Source: an uncultured Gemmatimonadales bacterium (GTDB lineage: Bacteria > Gemmatimonadota > Gemmatimonadetes > Gemmatimonadales > GWC2-71-9). From it: a stretch of 64,000 nt of DNA. The notes beneath the pieces were generated by a model. That model was not told where the DNA came from, did not search any database, and was given only the letters and a program-made list of their open reading frames with translations. The position numbers and the translations under genes were made by a program. This document shows, one piece after another, positions 34,044 through 45,334 of the stretch; positions within the stretch are counted from its first letter, which is position 1, and each line of letters begins with the position of its first letter. Location of the stretch: positions 32,001 through 96,000 of the forward strand of contig CAVYSW010000006.1 in NCBI GenBank assembly GCA_963771275.1, in the 5' to 3' direction.

Positions 34044-34613
34044 TCAAACCCGCTCGAGGTGGCCGCGTTGCTCCCGATACGCGGTCCCGCAGGCGGCGCA
34101 GGCGGCCTCCGCGCCCGCCAGACGCAGCCGCTCGCCGCATTGGCACATCCAGCCCACGCGCCGCGCCGGCACGCCGACCATGAGGGCATACGGGAGCACG
34201 TCCGACGTCACGACGGCGCCGGCCCCGATGAACGCGTACTCCCCCATCGTGATCCCGCACACCACCGTCGCGTTGGCGCCAATGCTCGCCCCGCGCCGCA
34301 CCAGCGTCTTGCGGTACTCGTGCTTGCGCGACACATGGCTCCGCGGGTTCAACACGTTCGTGAACACGCAGGACGGGCCGCAGAATACGTCGTCTTCCAG
34401 CTCGACGCCCTCGTAGATCGACACGTTGTTCTGGATCTTCACGTTGGTGCCGATGCGCGTTCCCGGCATGACCACGACATTCTGCCCCAGGCTGCAACGC
34501 TCTCCGATGACGGCCCCCCCCATGACGTGGCAGTAATGCCAGATCTTGGTGCCCGTGCCAATCACGGCCCCGTCGTCGACATACGAGCTTTCGTGCACGA
34601 AATAGTCAGCCAC
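34044..34613 (-). CDS. Hexapeptide N-acetyltransferase (WbpD-like)
   Basis: [39 protein letters not shown]. Confidence 0.92.
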   Translation of the reverse strand: MADYFVHESSYVDDGAVIGTGTKIWHYCHVMGGAVIGERCSLGQNVVVMPGTRIGTNVKIQNNVSIYEGVELEDDVFCGPSCVFTNVLNPRSHVSRKHEYRKTLVRRGASIGANATVVCGITMGEYAFIGAGAVVTSDVLPYALMVGVPARRVGWMCQCGERLRLAGAEAACAACGTAYREQRGHLERV

Positions 34614-34646
34614 ATATCCTCCACCGCGCCGCGAGCGGATGACCGC

Positions 34647-35593
34647 TCACGGCACTCCGATGAGTTTGACCTCCAGCTCCAACTCCGTCGCGAACTCCGC
34701 GGCGACCCGCTCTCGTACCGCCTCGATGACGCGCAGCACGTCGTGCGCGGTGGCCCCGCCCGTGTTGACGATGTAGTTCGCGTGGATCCGCGACACCTCC
34801 GCCCCACCAACACGGAACCCCTTCATGCCCACGGCCTCAATCATCTGCCCCGCCGTCCGGCCCGCCCCCTGCCCCCCCTGCCCGTCTCGGTCCCCTGGAG
34901 CGGCGCGGCGGGGTTCCGAAACACCGATCCGCAGCACGGCTCGTTGAACGGCGTCCCCGCCTTACGCCACCTCAGGTGCTCGGCCACTTCTCTCTCGAGC
35001 CGAACCGGCTCGCCCGGCTCGAGCCGCAATTCCGCCCCCACGATGACGACGTCGACCAGTCCCGAGCCGCGGTACCGCCAGGCGATCCCATCCCCGCTCC
35101 GCCGCTCGACGGCGCCGGCGGCGGTGACCACGTCCACCTGGCGCACGACCTGACGGAACTCCTGGCCGTGGGCCCCCGCATTCATGAAGACCCCACCCCC
35201 GACCGTTCCGGGGACCCCCACCAGGCGCTGGACACCCGCCAAGCCTGCGGCGGCCGTCCAGCGCGCCAGCAGCGGTGTCGGGACTCCCGCACCCACGTAC
35301 CAGCGCGCGCCATCGCGCCCGACCTCGGCGAGTCCCTTGCCAATCCGCACGACGATGCCGCGGAGGCCCGAGTCCGCAACCAGCATGTTCGACCCCAGCC
35401 CCAGCGCGAGCCACGGCACTCCGGCATCTCGCGCAATATCCAGCGCCTGCACGACCTCATCGACCGTCCGGGGCTCCACCAGGGCATCCGCCGGTCCGCC
35501 GATCCGGTACGTCGTGTACGGCGCGACGGGCTCATCGAGCCGGAGCCGCTCGCCGAACACCGCGGCGAGCCGTCGCGCCAGCGACGCGGTCAT
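34647..35593 (-). CDS. murB: UDP-N-acetylmuramate dehydrogenase (one frameshift near 34860-34890, probably an error)
   Basis: [47 protein letters not shown]...LELEV in another frame; shift region contains C homopolymers. Confidence 0.9.
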
Positions 35594-38500
35594 GGCTTCG
35601 CGGTCGCGCCGAACAGCCTCCCGGCCTGTCCCAGCCAGCGCTCCGCCATGCCGGTCGTCTGATACCATTCCTGCAGGCACCGCACCTGACCCTCCCGGCT
35701 GCGCAGCGCCAGGATCGCGTCGCACGCGGCGCTCGCGGCGGACATGGTCGTGGTATACGGCAGGCGATGCTGCAACGCCGTGCGCCGCATCAGGTAGTCA
35801 TCGCGCTGCGTCAGCTTGCCAAGCGGCGTGTTGATCAGCAGGTGGACCTTCCCTGATGTGATGAGGTCAATCACGTTAGGTCGGCCCTCGTGGACCTTCG
35901 CCACCCGAGTCGCGGGAACCCCGCGCGCGCTGAGGAAGCGCGCCGTGCCGTCCGTGGCGAGAATGTCGAACCCCATCTCGTGAAACCGCCGCACGATCGG
36001 CAGCACGGTGCGCTTGTCGTTGTCGTTCACGGTGACGAAGATGGTCCCGGACAGCGGCAGCGCCCCGTCGGCGCCGATCTGGGCCTTGGCGAACGCCATC
36101 CCGAAGCTGTCGGCGATGCCCATCACCTCGCCGGTGGAGCGCATCTCCGGGCCGAGGATCGTGTCCACGTTGGGCAGCTTGGCGAACGGGAACACCGCCT
36201 CCTTGACCGCGACGTACGGAATCACGACCTCATCGGGCACGCCTGCCTCGTCGAGCGACTGCCCGACCATCACCGCGGCCGCGAGCTTGGCCAGCGGTAC
36301 CCCCGTCGCCTTGCTCACGAACGGCACCGTGCGGGAGCCGCGCGGGTTTACCTCGAGCACATACACGACGCCGCCCTTGATGGCGTACTGGACGTTGAGC
36401 AACCCCACCACGCCGAGCGCCTTCGCAAAGGCGCGCGTGTGGGCGCGCATCTCGTCGACCGCTTCTTCCGTGATCAGGTAGGGGGGCAGGACGCAGGCCG
36501 AGTCCCCCGAGTGAATGCCGGCGTCCTCGATGTGCTGCATGACCCCGCCGATGGCGCAGCGGTTTCCATCCGAGATGGCATCGACGTCGGCCTCGAAGGC
36601 GTCCTCGAGAAAGTGATCGATCAGCACCGGGTGATCGGGGGAGACCCGTGCCGCCGTCTCGAAGAACCGCCGCAGCGATGCCTCATCGTACACGATCTCC
36701 ATCGCGCGCCCGCCAAGCACGTAGGAGGGCCGCACCAAAACGGGGAACCCGATGCGCGCGGCAACTGCGACCGCTTCGTCCACCGTCCGTCGCCGTGCCG
36801 TTGGGCGGCTGGGCCACTCCGAGGGTCCGCGCGATCTCCTCGAAGCGGCGCCGATCCTCCGCCAGGTCGATCGCTTCGGGGCTGGTGCCGAGGATCGCCA
36901 CGCCCGCAGCCTCGAGGCCTCTGGCCAGCTTGAGCGGGGTCTGACCGCCAAGCTGCACGATCACGCCCTTGGGATGCTCGACCCGAACGATCTCGAGCAC
37001 ATCCTCCAGGGTGAGCGGCTCGAAGTAGAGCTTGTCGGAGATGTCGAAATCGGTAGACACCGTCTCCGGATTCGAGTTGATCATGATCGTGCGGTAGCCC
37101 AGCTCGCGGAGTGCGAGGCCCGCCCGTACACAGCAATAATCGAACTCCACCCCCTGCCCGATCCGGTTGGGCCCGCTGCCGAGGATGACGATCCCCTGCG
37201 AGCCGACCGGCTCCGACTCGTTCTCCTCGTCGTAGGACGAGTACAGGTACGGCGTACTGGACGGAAACTCGCCGGCGCACGTGTCCACGATCTTGAACGC
37301 CGGGTGCACGTCGAGCGCCCAGCGCTGCTCCCGCACCGCCTGCTCGGACTCGGCACGCAGGTCCGCGAGCTGCCGGTCCGAAAACCCCATGCGCTTCATC
37401 GCCCGCAGCAGCTCCGCGTCCACCGACGCGGCGGCGCGATAGCGCTGCTCCGCCTCGACCAGCTCCTGCAGCTGGTGGAGGAACCACGGGTCGATCGCCG
37501 TACGGTCGGCGATTTCCCCGATGGAGAACCCCGCCACGAGCGCCCGCTTGATCTGGAAGATCCGCTCCGGCGTCGGGCGTCCCAGCACCGCGCGCAATTC
37601 CTCGGCGTCCCCCGATTCCAGACGGTCGTCGTCCGGCCGCCTGCCGATCACCCAGCCGGGACGATCGATCTCGAGCGCCCGCAGCCCCTTCTGGAACGCC
37701 TCCTTGAAGGTGCGGCCGATCGCCATGGACTCGCCGACGGACTTCATCTGGGTCGTGAGCGTCGCGTCGGCGGTGGGGAACTTCTCGAACGCGAAGCGCG
37801 GGCACTTCACCACCACGTAGTCGAGCACCGGCTCGAACGAGGCCGGGGTCGTCTTCGTGATGTCGTTCGGCAGCTCGTCGAGCGTGAATCCGACGGCGAG
37901 CTTGGCGCCGATCCGGGCGATCGGAAACCCCGTGGCCTTCGACGCGAGCGCGGACGACCGGGACACCCGCGGGTTCATCTCGATCACGAGCTGCTCGCCG
38001 GTCCGCGGATGGACCGCGAACTGAATGTTGCAGCCGCCCGCGGCGACGCCGATCTCGCGGATGATCGCGATCGCGGCATCGCGCATCCGCTGGTACTCGC
38101 GATCGGTCAGCGTCATCGCGGGGGCAACCGTGATCGAGTCCCCGGTATGGATGCCCATCGGGTCGAGATTCTCGATCGAGCAGACGATCACCACGTTGTC
38201 GCGACAGTCCCGCATCACCTCCAGCTCGAATTCCTTCCAGCCGAGCGCCGACTGCTCGACCAGCGCCGTGTGCGTCGGCGAGAGATCGAGCCCACGCGCG
38301 ATCATCTCGCGGAACTCGTCGTCGTTGTACGCGACGCCGCCCCCCGTGCCACCCAGGGTGAACGACGGGCGGATGATCGCCGGATAGGACGTGTCGTCGA
38401 CCACCGCCAGCGCTTCGTCCACCGAGCCCACCATCGATCCGCGCGGTACGGCGAGACCGATGCGCCGCATGGCTTCCGCGAACGCCCGCCGGTCCTCGGC

Positions 38501-38875
38501 CATGTGGATGGCGCGCGCGTCGGCGCCGATCAACTCGACCCCGAATCGCTCGAGCGTCCCATCCCGGTGCAGCGCCATCGCCACGTTCAGCGCCGTCTGC
38601 CCGCCCATCGTCGGCAGCAGCGCGTCCGGCCGCTCCCGTTCGATCACCTTGGCAACCCACGGTGCCGTGACGGGCTCGATGTAGGTGCGATCGGCAATCT
38701 CGGGGTCCGTCATGATCGTGGCCGGGTTGGAGTTGACCAGGATCACCCGGTACCCCTCCTCCCGCAGCGCCTTCACGGCCTGCGTGCCCGAATAGTCGAA
38801 CTCGGCCGCCTGGCCGATCACGATCGGACCGGAGCCGACCAGCAGGATGCTGCCGATGTCAGAGCGCTTCGGCAC
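35590..38875 (-). CDS. carB: Carbamoyl-phosphate synthase large subunit (one frameshift near 36790, probably an error)
   Basis: [32 protein letters not shown], then [23 protein letters not shown] in the next frame; removing 1 nt restores GTARTVDEA. Confidence 0.95.
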
Positions 38876-39791
38876 GAGCCACCTCTGCGAGGGCGTCGTC
38901 CAGCGTGCGGCGCGGGGCCCACCCCGTCCCGTCCCGCAACCGGGTCGCATCGCCCACCAGGTGCGGGATATCCGCCTGCCGCACGAGTGCCGGGTCCGGC
39001 GCCGCCGTGATGCGGCCGCCGATCATCACCCGCAAGCGCTCGAGCACCTCTCCGATGCTCACCCCCAGCCCGCTCGCGATGTTGTACGCCGATCCCGGCT
39101 CCCCCCGCTCGAGCAGCGCCACGTACGCGTCAACCACGTCGTCCACGTGCAGAAAGTCGCGCACCGGCGCGAGGTTCCCCACCGGGATCGTGGTGGCCCC
39201 GTCGCGCCGCGCCGCGGCGAGCCGACGCGCGAACGCCGGCACGACGGCTCGATCCGTCTGGCCGGCTCCGGTGTGCGGGAACGGGCGGGCCACGATCACG
39301 GCGAGCCCGGTGCGGCGCTGCACCTCGAAGGCGGCCACTTCCGCCCCGAGCTTGGAGGCCGCATACGGTGAGCACGGCAGTAGTGCATCGGTCTCCCGGC
39401 GCACCCGCTGCCCCACGCCGACGCCGTACACCTCCGCGGTGGAGACCACCAGCACCCGCGCGTCCCGGCCGCTCCGCTCCCGCACGCCGACCACCGCTTC
39501 GCACAGCCGCGCCGTTCCGGCCGCGTTCACCTCCCAGGCCGTCCCCGGATCCCGCCGGGCTTCCGTGCCGGACGCGACGGCGGCGAGATGCACGACCGCG
39601 TCGAAGCCGGGTGCGACGCACGCCGCCACCGAACCGGCCTGCCGCAGCTCCAGCCGCACGGTCGGGATGCCGTCCGGAAACGGGGGGGCGACGCCCTGCA
39701 CGGCAGCCACGACGGCATACCCCGCCTCCGCAAGGCGCGGGACCAGTCGGCGGCCCACGAATCCGTCGGCCCCGGTGACCAGAACCCTCAC
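38859..39791 (-). CDS. SDR epimerase/reductase, Rmd-like (GDP-6-deoxy-D-mannose reductase)
   Basis: [43 protein letters not shown]; coupled to gmd. Confidence 0.75.
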   Translation of the reverse strand: MRVLVTGADGFVGRRLVPRLAEAGYAVVAAVQGVAPPFPDGIPTVRLELRQAGSVAACVAPGFDAVVHLAAVASGTEARRDPGTAWEVNAAGTARLCEAVVGVRERSGRDARVLVVSTAEVYGVGVGQRVRRETDALLPCSPYAASKLGAEVAAFEVQRRTGLAVIVARPFPHTGAGQTDRAVVPAFARRLAAARRDGATTIPVGNLAPVRDFLHVDDVVDAYVALLERGEPGSAYNIASGLGVSIGEVLERLRVMIGGRITAAPDPALVRQADIPHLVGDATRLRDGTGWAPRRTLDDALAEVARAEAL

Positions 39792-40753
39792 CGGCGGGCC
39801 TGGAGCCGCCCGAGGTCGGCGTCCACCATCATGACGACGAGGTCCTGGAACCCGACGGTCGGCCGCCAATCGAGCGCCGTCCGGGCCTTGCTGGCGTCGG
39901 CGAGCAGCAGGTCCACCTCCGCCGGTCGCACGTATCGCGGATCCACCGTGACGTGGCGGCGCCAGTCGAGTCCGACGTGCGCGAACGCCAGCTCGGCGAA
40001 TTCCTGCACCGAGTGGGTCTCGCCGGTGCCGATCACGTAGTCGTCCGCAGCCGGCTGCTGCAGCATGCGCCACATCACCTCGACGTAGTCCCCGGCGTAG
40101 CCCCAGTCCCTCCTGGCCTCGAGGTTTCCGAGGCGCAGGTCGTTGGCCAGGCCGAGTTTGATGCGGGCGACGCTGTGCGTGATCTTGCGTGTGACGAACT
40201 CCAGGCCGCGCCGCGGCGACTCGTGGTTGAACAGGATGCCGCTCACCGCATAGAGGCCGTAGGACTCGCGGTAGTTCACGGTGATCCAGTGGCCGTAGAC
40301 CTTCGCCACCCCGTAGGGCGACCGGGGGTGAAACGGCGTGCGCTCGTTCTGCGGAACGGCCTCCGCCTTGCCGAACATCTCCGAGGAGCTGGCCTGGTAG
40401 AGTCGGGCCGTGGGATGGGCGAGCCGGATCGCTTCGAGCAGCCGCGTGACGCCGAGCGCCGTGAACTCCCCCGTCAGCACGGGCTGGCTCCACGAGGTCG
40501 GCACGAAGCTCTGCGCCGCGAGGTTGTACACCTCGTCGGGCTCGACGTCGCGGACGACCATGGTCATCGAGTGCTGGTCGAGCAGGTCGGCGGGCACGAT
40601 CTCGACCTTGTCGAGCAGATGGCCGATGCGCTCATAGGAATCGTGCGACGTGCGCCGCACGACCCCAACCACGCGATAGCCCTTCGCCAGCAGGAACTCG
40701 GCGAGGTAGGATCCGTCCTGACCCGTCACCCCGGTGATCAATGCGGTTGGCAT
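39788..40753 (-). CDS. gmd: GDP-mannose 4,6-dehydratase
   Basis: [47 protein letters not shown]. Confidence 0.96.
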   Translation of the reverse strand: MPTALITGVTGQDGSYLAEFLLAKGYRVVGVVRRTSHDSYERIGHLLDKVEIVPADLLDQHSMTMVVRDVEPDEVYNLAAQSFVPTSWSQPVLTGEFTALGVTRLLEAIRLAHPTARLYQASSSEMFGKAEAVPQNERTPFHPRSPYGVAKVYGHWITVNYRESYGLYAVSGILFNHESPRRGLEFVTRKITHSVARIKLGLANDLRLGNLEARRDWGYAGDYVEVMWRMLQQPAADDYVIGTGETHSVQEFAELAFAHVGLDWRRHVTVDPRYVRPAEVDLLLADASKARTALDWRPTVGFQDLVVMMVDADLGRLQARR

Positions 40754-40771
40754 CGTCCCCAGCCTCTTGGC

Positions 40772-40800
40772 TTGAATAGAGGGCATCGTTCAGCTAGTAT
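40772..40800 (+). promoter_or_regulatory. Putative sigma70 promoter of rpmB
   Basis: TTGAAT-N17-TAGTAT. Confidence 0.5.
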
Positions 40801-40845
40801 TCGTGTCTGCCAGCTTTCCGTCACTCTTGGAGTCCGAGCGGTCGT

Positions 40846-41061
40846 ATGGCGCGAGTGTGTGATATTTGCGGCAAGGGGCCCACGACAGGCCACAACGTGA
40901 GCCACGCCAACAACAAGACGAACCGGCGCTGGTACCCCAACCTCCAGTCCGTCCGCGTGCTGGTGGACGGCAAGCCCCGCCGCCTGCGCGCCTGTACCCA
41001 GTGTATCAAGTCGGGGAGGGTCATCAAGGCACCCCGGGGTCCCGCCGCGGCGGCGTCCTGA
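40846..41061 (+). CDS. rpmB: 50S ribosomal protein L28 (Zn-binding form)
   Basis: [34 protein letters not shown]. Confidence 0.97.
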   Translation: MARVCDICGKGPTTGHNVSHANNKTNRRWYPNLQSVRVLVDGKPRRLRACTQCIKSGRVIKAPRGPAAAAS

Positions 41062-41090
41062 CGTCCACACGACAGCCTGCTGGTAGATAG

Positions 41091-41118
41091 AAAAATGGGG
41101 ACCCTCGGGTCCCCGTTT
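41091..41118 (-). terminator. Intrinsic terminator between convergent rpmB and rplQ
   Basis: ggggaccc-tc-gggtcccc stem; T5 tract on the minus strand, gttt on the plus strand. Confidence 0.75.
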
Positions 41119-41141
41119 CCGTTGCCGGCGGCGTGGCCCGC

Positions 41142-41498
41142 TCACTCGGCCAGGAGCTCGATTCGGGCCAGCTCGGCTCCGTCACCCGGCCGGTGCCCCA
41201 GCTTCACGATCCGCGTGTAGCCGCCGGGCCGGCTGGCGAAGCGCGGGCCGATCTCGGCGAACAGACGGCCGCTCACGTCCCGGTCACGCACCCGGCGCTC
41301 GACGAGTCGGCGGGCATGCAGGTCGCCGCGCCGCGCCAGCGTGATGAGCCGCTCGGCGAACGGGCGCAGCTCCTTGGCTTTGGCTTCGGTCGTCACGACG
41401 CGGTCGTGCCGGAACAGCGACGTGACCATGTTGTTCAACATGGCGCGCTTGTGACTGGCCGTCCGGCTGAGCTGCCGACCCTTGCTGCGGTGCCGCAT
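41142..41498 (-). CDS. rplQ: 50S ribosomal protein L17
   Basis: MRHRSKGRQLSRTASH, TTEAKAKE, RPGGYTRI. Confidence 0.98.
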   Translation of the reverse strand: MRHRSKGRQLSRTASHKRAMLNNMVTSLFRHDRVVTTEAKAKELRPFAERLITLARRGDLHARRLVERRVRDRDVSGRLFAEIGPRFASRPGGYTRIVKLGHRPGDGAELARIELLAE

Positions 41499-41503
41499 GG
41501 CCC

Positions 41504-42550
41504 CTACTCCTGCCCGACCGGCGCATCAGGCACGCCCATCGCCAAGGGCGGCCGCCCCGGGTTGGTCACGACGACCTGGCCCTCCTGCTCTTCCCACTCC
41601 ATGCCGAAGTTGAGCTGCTCGCGGCGCAACAGATCCGCGATCTCGGCCAGCGCCTTCTCGCCGACGTTCTTCACTTTCAGCAGCTCATCCTCATCGAGGC
41701 GGACCAGGTCACCAAGGGTGCTGATGCTCGAGTTCTTGAGGGAATTGATCGACCGTACGGACAGGCCGCATTCGTCGATCGGCTTGCGGAGCGCGTCGCG
41801 CCGCGCATCGGCCGAAAGGTCGATGCCCGGCGCCTGCGGTATCCGGCCGAAGTTGAGGAACGGGTGGACGTGCTCCTGGAGCAGGGCGGCGGCGTAGGCC
41901 AGCGCGTCCTCGGGGGAGATCGTCCCGTTCGTTTCGACCGTCACCGTGAGGCGGTCGTAGTCCGTGCGCTGGCCCACCCGGGTCTCGGCCACCGTGAAGT
42001 TCGCCCGCCGGACCGGATTGTAGATCGCGTCGATGCGGACCAGATCCACCGGCAGCGACCGGTCGGCGGGATGCTGTGAGGCCTCGACGTAGCCCCTGCC
42101 CTTGTTGACGTACAGCTCGCCGGAAATCTCCCGATCTTCCTGTAGCGTAAACAGCAGCTGATCTGGGTAGACCACCCGGACGCTGCCGTGCGCCTGGATG
42201 TCGCGGGCATACACGGGACCGGCCTTCCGGGCCGACACGTGCAGCACCACTTCGTCCACGTCTTCCGCCATGACGAGCGTCAGCTGCTTCAGGCGCTGGA
42301 TGATCTGGTGGATGTCCTCCACCACGCCCGGCACGGTCTGGTGCTCGTGCACCACCCCGTCGAGGCGGAATGCCCACACCGCGGTCCCCCGCAGGGAGGA
42401 CAGCAACATCCGGCGGAGCGAGTTGCCCAGCGTGTATCCGTACCCACGCTCGAGCGGCTGGAGACGGAATTCGGCCGCGAACGGGTTGTCTTCCCGCTTC
42501 GTCATGTCGACGACGTTGGGCCGGACGAGGCCAGTGAGATCGATGGTCAT
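41504..42550 (-). CDS. rpoA: RNA polymerase alpha subunit
   Basis: PLERGYGYTLGNSLRRMLLSS, RVGQRTDYDRL, LSVRSINSL. Confidence 0.98.
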   Translation of the reverse strand: MTIDLTGLVRPNVVDMTKREDNPFAAEFRLQPLERGYGYTLGNSLRRMLLSSLRGTAVWAFRLDGVVHEHQTVPGVVEDIHQIIQRLKQLTLVMAEDVDEVVLHVSARKAGPVYARDIQAHGSVRVVYPDQLLFTLQEDREISGELYVNKGRGYVEASQHPADRSLPVDLVRIDAIYNPVRRANFTVAETRVGQRTDYDRLTVTVETNGTISPEDALAYAAALLQEHVHPFLNFGRIPQAPGIDLSADARRDALRKPIDECGLSVRSINSLKNSSISTLGDLVRLDEDELLKVKNVGEKALAEIADLLRREQLNFGMEWEEQEGQVVVTNPGRPPLAMGVPDAPVGQE

Positions 42551-42551
42551 A

Positions 42552-43187
42552 TCACTTCGAGTAGAGCTCGACGATCAGCTGTTCCTGCGCGGCCACCGGA
42601 ATCGCGTCCCGCGTAGGCAGCTCGGTCAGTTTGCCGACCGCTTGGCTGGCGTCGACGGCTAGCCAGGCGATGGGCGCCCCGCGCGCGGCGCCCTCGAGTG
42701 CTGCATGCACGCTGGCGAGGTCCCGGCTGCCCTCCGCCACCCGCACTTCGTCGTGCGCATCGACCCGGTACGACGGGACGTCCACGATGCGTCCGTTCAC
42801 CAGAATGTGGCGATGGCGCACGAGCTGCCGGGCCGCCTTGCGGCTCGCGGCGAACCCGATGCGATACACGATGTTGTCCAGGCGGCACTCGAGCGCGATC
42901 AGGAGGTTGGCGCCCGTCACGCCCGGCTCCTCCTTCACCCGCTCGAACGTGTTGCGGAACTGCCGCTCGGTCAGCCCGTAGATCCGTTTCACCTTCTGCT
43001 TCTCACGCAGCTGCCGGGAGTAGTCGGACGCCTTGCGCCGCCGCGCCGTGGACTGCCCATGCTGGCCCGGTGCGTAGCCGCGCCGCTCGAACGCGCACTT
43101 CTCGGTGAGGCACCGCGTTCCCTTGAGGAACAGCTTGGTGCCCTCCCGACGGCACAGCCGGCACACGCCTCCGGTATAGCGCGACAT
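42552..43187 (-). CDS. rpsD: 30S ribosomal protein S4
   Basis: CRLCRREG, PGQHG, QLREKQK, RLDNIVYR, IVELYSK. Confidence 0.98.
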   Translation of the reverse strand: MSRYTGGVCRLCRREGTKLFLKGTRCLTEKCAFERRGYAPGQHGQSTARRRKASDYSRQLREKQKVKRIYGLTERQFRNTFERVKEEPGVTGANLLIALECRLDNIVYRIGFAASRKAARQLVRHRHILVNGRIVDVPSYRVDAHDEVRVAEGSRDLASVHAALEGAARGAPIAWLAVDASQAVGKLTELPTRDAIPVAAQEQLIVELYSK

Positions 43188-43190
43188 GGC

Positions 43191-43607
43191 CTAGACCCGC
43201 CGTTTCTTGGGCGGACGACAGCCGTTGTGCGGGATCGGCGTCACGTCCCGAATCGACAGGATCTGCAGACCACTGGTCGCCAATGCCTGCACCGCCGACT
43301 CGCGGCCAGCCCCCGGTCCCTGCACCCGGACGTGCACCCGTCGCACCCCCTGGTTCAGGGCGTCCCGCCCACAATTCTCCGCCGCCACCGTTGCGGCGAA
43401 CGACGTGGACTTCTTGGAACCCTTGAATCCCGACTTGCCCGCCGAACCCCACGAGATGGCGTTGCCCCGGGAGTCGGTAATGGTGATGAGCGTGTTGTTG
43501 AAGGTCGCGGTGATGTGGGCGACCCCCTCCGACTCCACGACCTTCTTGGAGCGCTTCGGTCCCGCGGCGGCGGGTGTCGGCTGCGTTGGCTGGGTAGGTT
43601 GCGTCAT
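43191..43607 (-). CDS. rpsK: 30S ribosomal protein S11
   Basis: [33 protein letters not shown]. Confidence 0.98.
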   Translation of the reverse strand: MTQPTQPTQPTPAAAGPKRSKKVVESEGVAHITATFNNTLITITDSRGNAISWGSAGKSGFKGSKKSTSFAATVAAENCGRDALNQGVRRVHVRVQGPGAGRESAVQALATSGLQILSIRDVTPIPHNGCRPPKKRRV

Positions 43608-43608
43608 C

Positions 43609-43989
43609 TCACTTCTTGATCGCTTTCTTCTTTCCGGCAATGGCGCGCCGCGGACCCTTCTTGGTCCGGGCGTTGGTATGCGTGCGCTGGCCCCGGGTCG
43701 GCAGGCCGCGCTTGTGGCGGGTCCCACGGTAGGCGCCGATGTCCATCAGGCGCTTGATGCTCATCGCGACTTCCGTACGCAGGGCTCCTTCAACCCGCAC
43801 CCCGCGCTCGATCGCCTGGCGCAGTCGCGCGACCTCCGCGTCGGACAGGTCACGGACCCGCGTGTCCGCACTGATCGCGGTCTCGTCGAGGATGCGCCGG
43901 GAAGTGGGGACCCCAACGCCGAAGATGTAGGTCAGGGCGATCTCGACCCGCTTGTCGCGTGGGAGATCGACACCGGCTATACGCGCCAT
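43609..43989 (-). CDS. rpsM: 30S ribosomal protein S13
   Basis: [24 protein letters not shown]. Confidence 0.98.
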   Translation of the reverse strand: MARIAGVDLPRDKRVEIALTYIFGVGVPTSRRILDETAISADTRVRDLSDAEVARLRQAIERGVRVEGALRTEVAMSIKRLMDIGAYRGTRHKRGLPTRGQRTHTNARTKKGPRRAIAGKKKAIKK

Positions 43990-43990
43990 G

Positions 43991-44107
43991 CTAGCCCTGT
44001 CGCTGCTTGTGCTTGGGGTTGCGCTTGCAGATGACCCGCGTCACACCACGACGACGAATCACCTTGCAATGCTCGCAAATCGGCTTCACGCTCGAACGAA
44101 CCTTCAC
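43991..44107 (-). CDS. rpmJ: 50S ribosomal protein L36
   Basis: GTG start, [38 protein letters not shown]. Confidence 0.97.
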   Translation of the reverse strand: MKVRSSVKPICEHCKVIRRRGVTRVICKRNPKHKQRQG

Positions 44108-44146
44108 AGACGCACTCCGGCCAGGATTTCCGCAGACAGAAAGGTG

Positions 44147-44175
44147 AATATAGAGGGGGTCTAAGTGGACCGCAA
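44147..44175 (-). promoter_or_regulatory. Putative sigma70 promoter of the rpmJ-rplQ operon
   Basis: TTGCGG-N17-TATATT on the minus strand. Confidence 0.6.
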
Positions 44176-44228
44176 GTGAAGGGTTACGGTAGGGAGTGGG
44201 TCGACCCACTACCGTTACGGGCTAAGGG

Positions 44229-44663
44229 TTACGGGGTCACGCGGACTTCCCGCAACCGCCATTCACCGCCCAACCGCAGGAACCCGAAGAACACCGCCTC
44301 CACCCGCAGGTCCGTGGTTCCCCGCACCGTGAACCGCCGCGCGAACTCCGCGTAGGCGTGGTCCGCGTCCAGATAGCGCAACTCCCGCAGGGAAAGCTCG
44401 ACCTCCTCGGCGTCGCTCAGGTAGTCCGACAGCAGGCGCGCCGCCTGTCCCGCACGGACCGCCGCCCCGACGGCGACGCCGGGGATCCGGAGCCTGACCG
44501 TGTCGCTCCGAGCCACCAGGTCGCGCGCGTCGTGGCTCGTCCACGCGAGCCGAGCCCGCTCCGCCACGCTTTCGAGGCTGCCCTGCGCCAGTGCCGACCC
44601 CGCCCCACCCCACGAACCGAGCAGCAGGACTCCGAGCACCCCCGACCACCGCGGAAGCTTCAT
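44229..44663 (-). CDS. Secreted hypothetical protein (possibly NTF2-like/DUF4783-like)
   Basis: Signal peptide MKLPRWSGVLGVLLLG...ALA-Q; ATGA overlap with the pyrF stop. Confidence 0.6.
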   Translation of the reverse strand: MKLPRWSGVLGVLLLGSWGGAGSALAQGSLESVAERARLAWTSHDARDLVARSDTVRLRIPGVAVGAAVRAGQAARLLSDYLSDAEEVELSLRELRYLDADHAYAEFARRFTVRGTTDLRVEAVFFGFLRLGGEWRLREVRVTP

Positions 44664-45334
44664 GCCGCCTCCTCGCACAACCGCTGGTACACCACTGCGG
44701 GGTCCGCGGCACCCGCGATCGGCCGGCCGACCACCAGATGGGTGGCCCCCGCCCCCACGGCGGCCGCCGCGTCGGCGGTACGCCGTTGATCGTCGGGCAC
44801 GCTGCCCGTCGGCCGGATTCCCGGGACGACGATCCAGGCTGCCGGCCCCAGCACGGCCCGCAGAGCGGCCACTTCGAGCGGCGAGCTCACCACCCCCGCG
44901 AGGCCCACCTCCGCGGCGAGACGCCCGAGGCGCAACACCTCGGCCCGAATCTCGAGCCGGCGATCCAGCACCTCCCCGAACCCCGCGTCCGTGTGCGACG
45001 TGAGGACCGTCACGGCGACCAGCGGCATCGACCCCGCGGCCTCCCGGGCGGCGACCAGCATCTCGCGTCCGCCGAGCGCGTGCAGGGTCGCCAGCGACAC
45101 CCCTGATTCCGCCGCGACCTTGACGGCTCCCCCGACCTGATGGGGGATGTCGTGCCACTTGAGGTCGAGAAACACGCTGACGCCACGATGCTGCAGGGCG
45201 CGGATCACTGCGGGCCCTTCGCGCATGAACAGGGTCGCACCGACCTTCGCCCAGCGCAGGCCCGGCAGCCGGTCAACGAGCCTCAGCGCCGCTCCGGCCT
45301 CCGGCTGGTCGAGCGCCACGATGATCTCAGCCAC
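44660..45334 (-). CDS. pyrF: Orotidine-5'-phosphate decarboxylase
   Basis: IVALD, FLDLKWHDIP, VVPGIRP, DDQRR, VVGRPI. Confidence 0.95.
   Translation of the reverse strand: MAEIIVALDQPEAGAALRLVDRLPGLRWAKVGATLFMREGPAVIRALQHRGVSVFLDLKWHDIPHQVGGAVKVAAESGVSLATLHALGGREMLVAAREAAGSMPLVAVTVLTSHTDAGFGEVLDRRLEIRAEVLRLGRLAAEVGLAGVVSSPLEVAALRAVLGPAAWIVVPGIRPTGSVPDDQRRTADAAAAVGAGATHLVVGRPIAGAADPAVVYQRLCEEAA

Noticed and set aside
34841..34937. murB frameshift as a pseudogene or programmed frameshift
   Set aside because: murB is normally essential, both halves are intact, and the shift falls in C homopolymers. A sequencing indel is the simplest explanation.
36770..36800. carB naturally split into two genes
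   Set aside because: Removing one base restores the continuous ...GTARTVDEA... sequence, and the second half has no RBS/start. Most likely an assembly error.
43575..43607. TQP x3 repeat at the S11 N-terminus
   Set aside because: Low-complexity N-terminal tails are common in S11, and there is no further signal.
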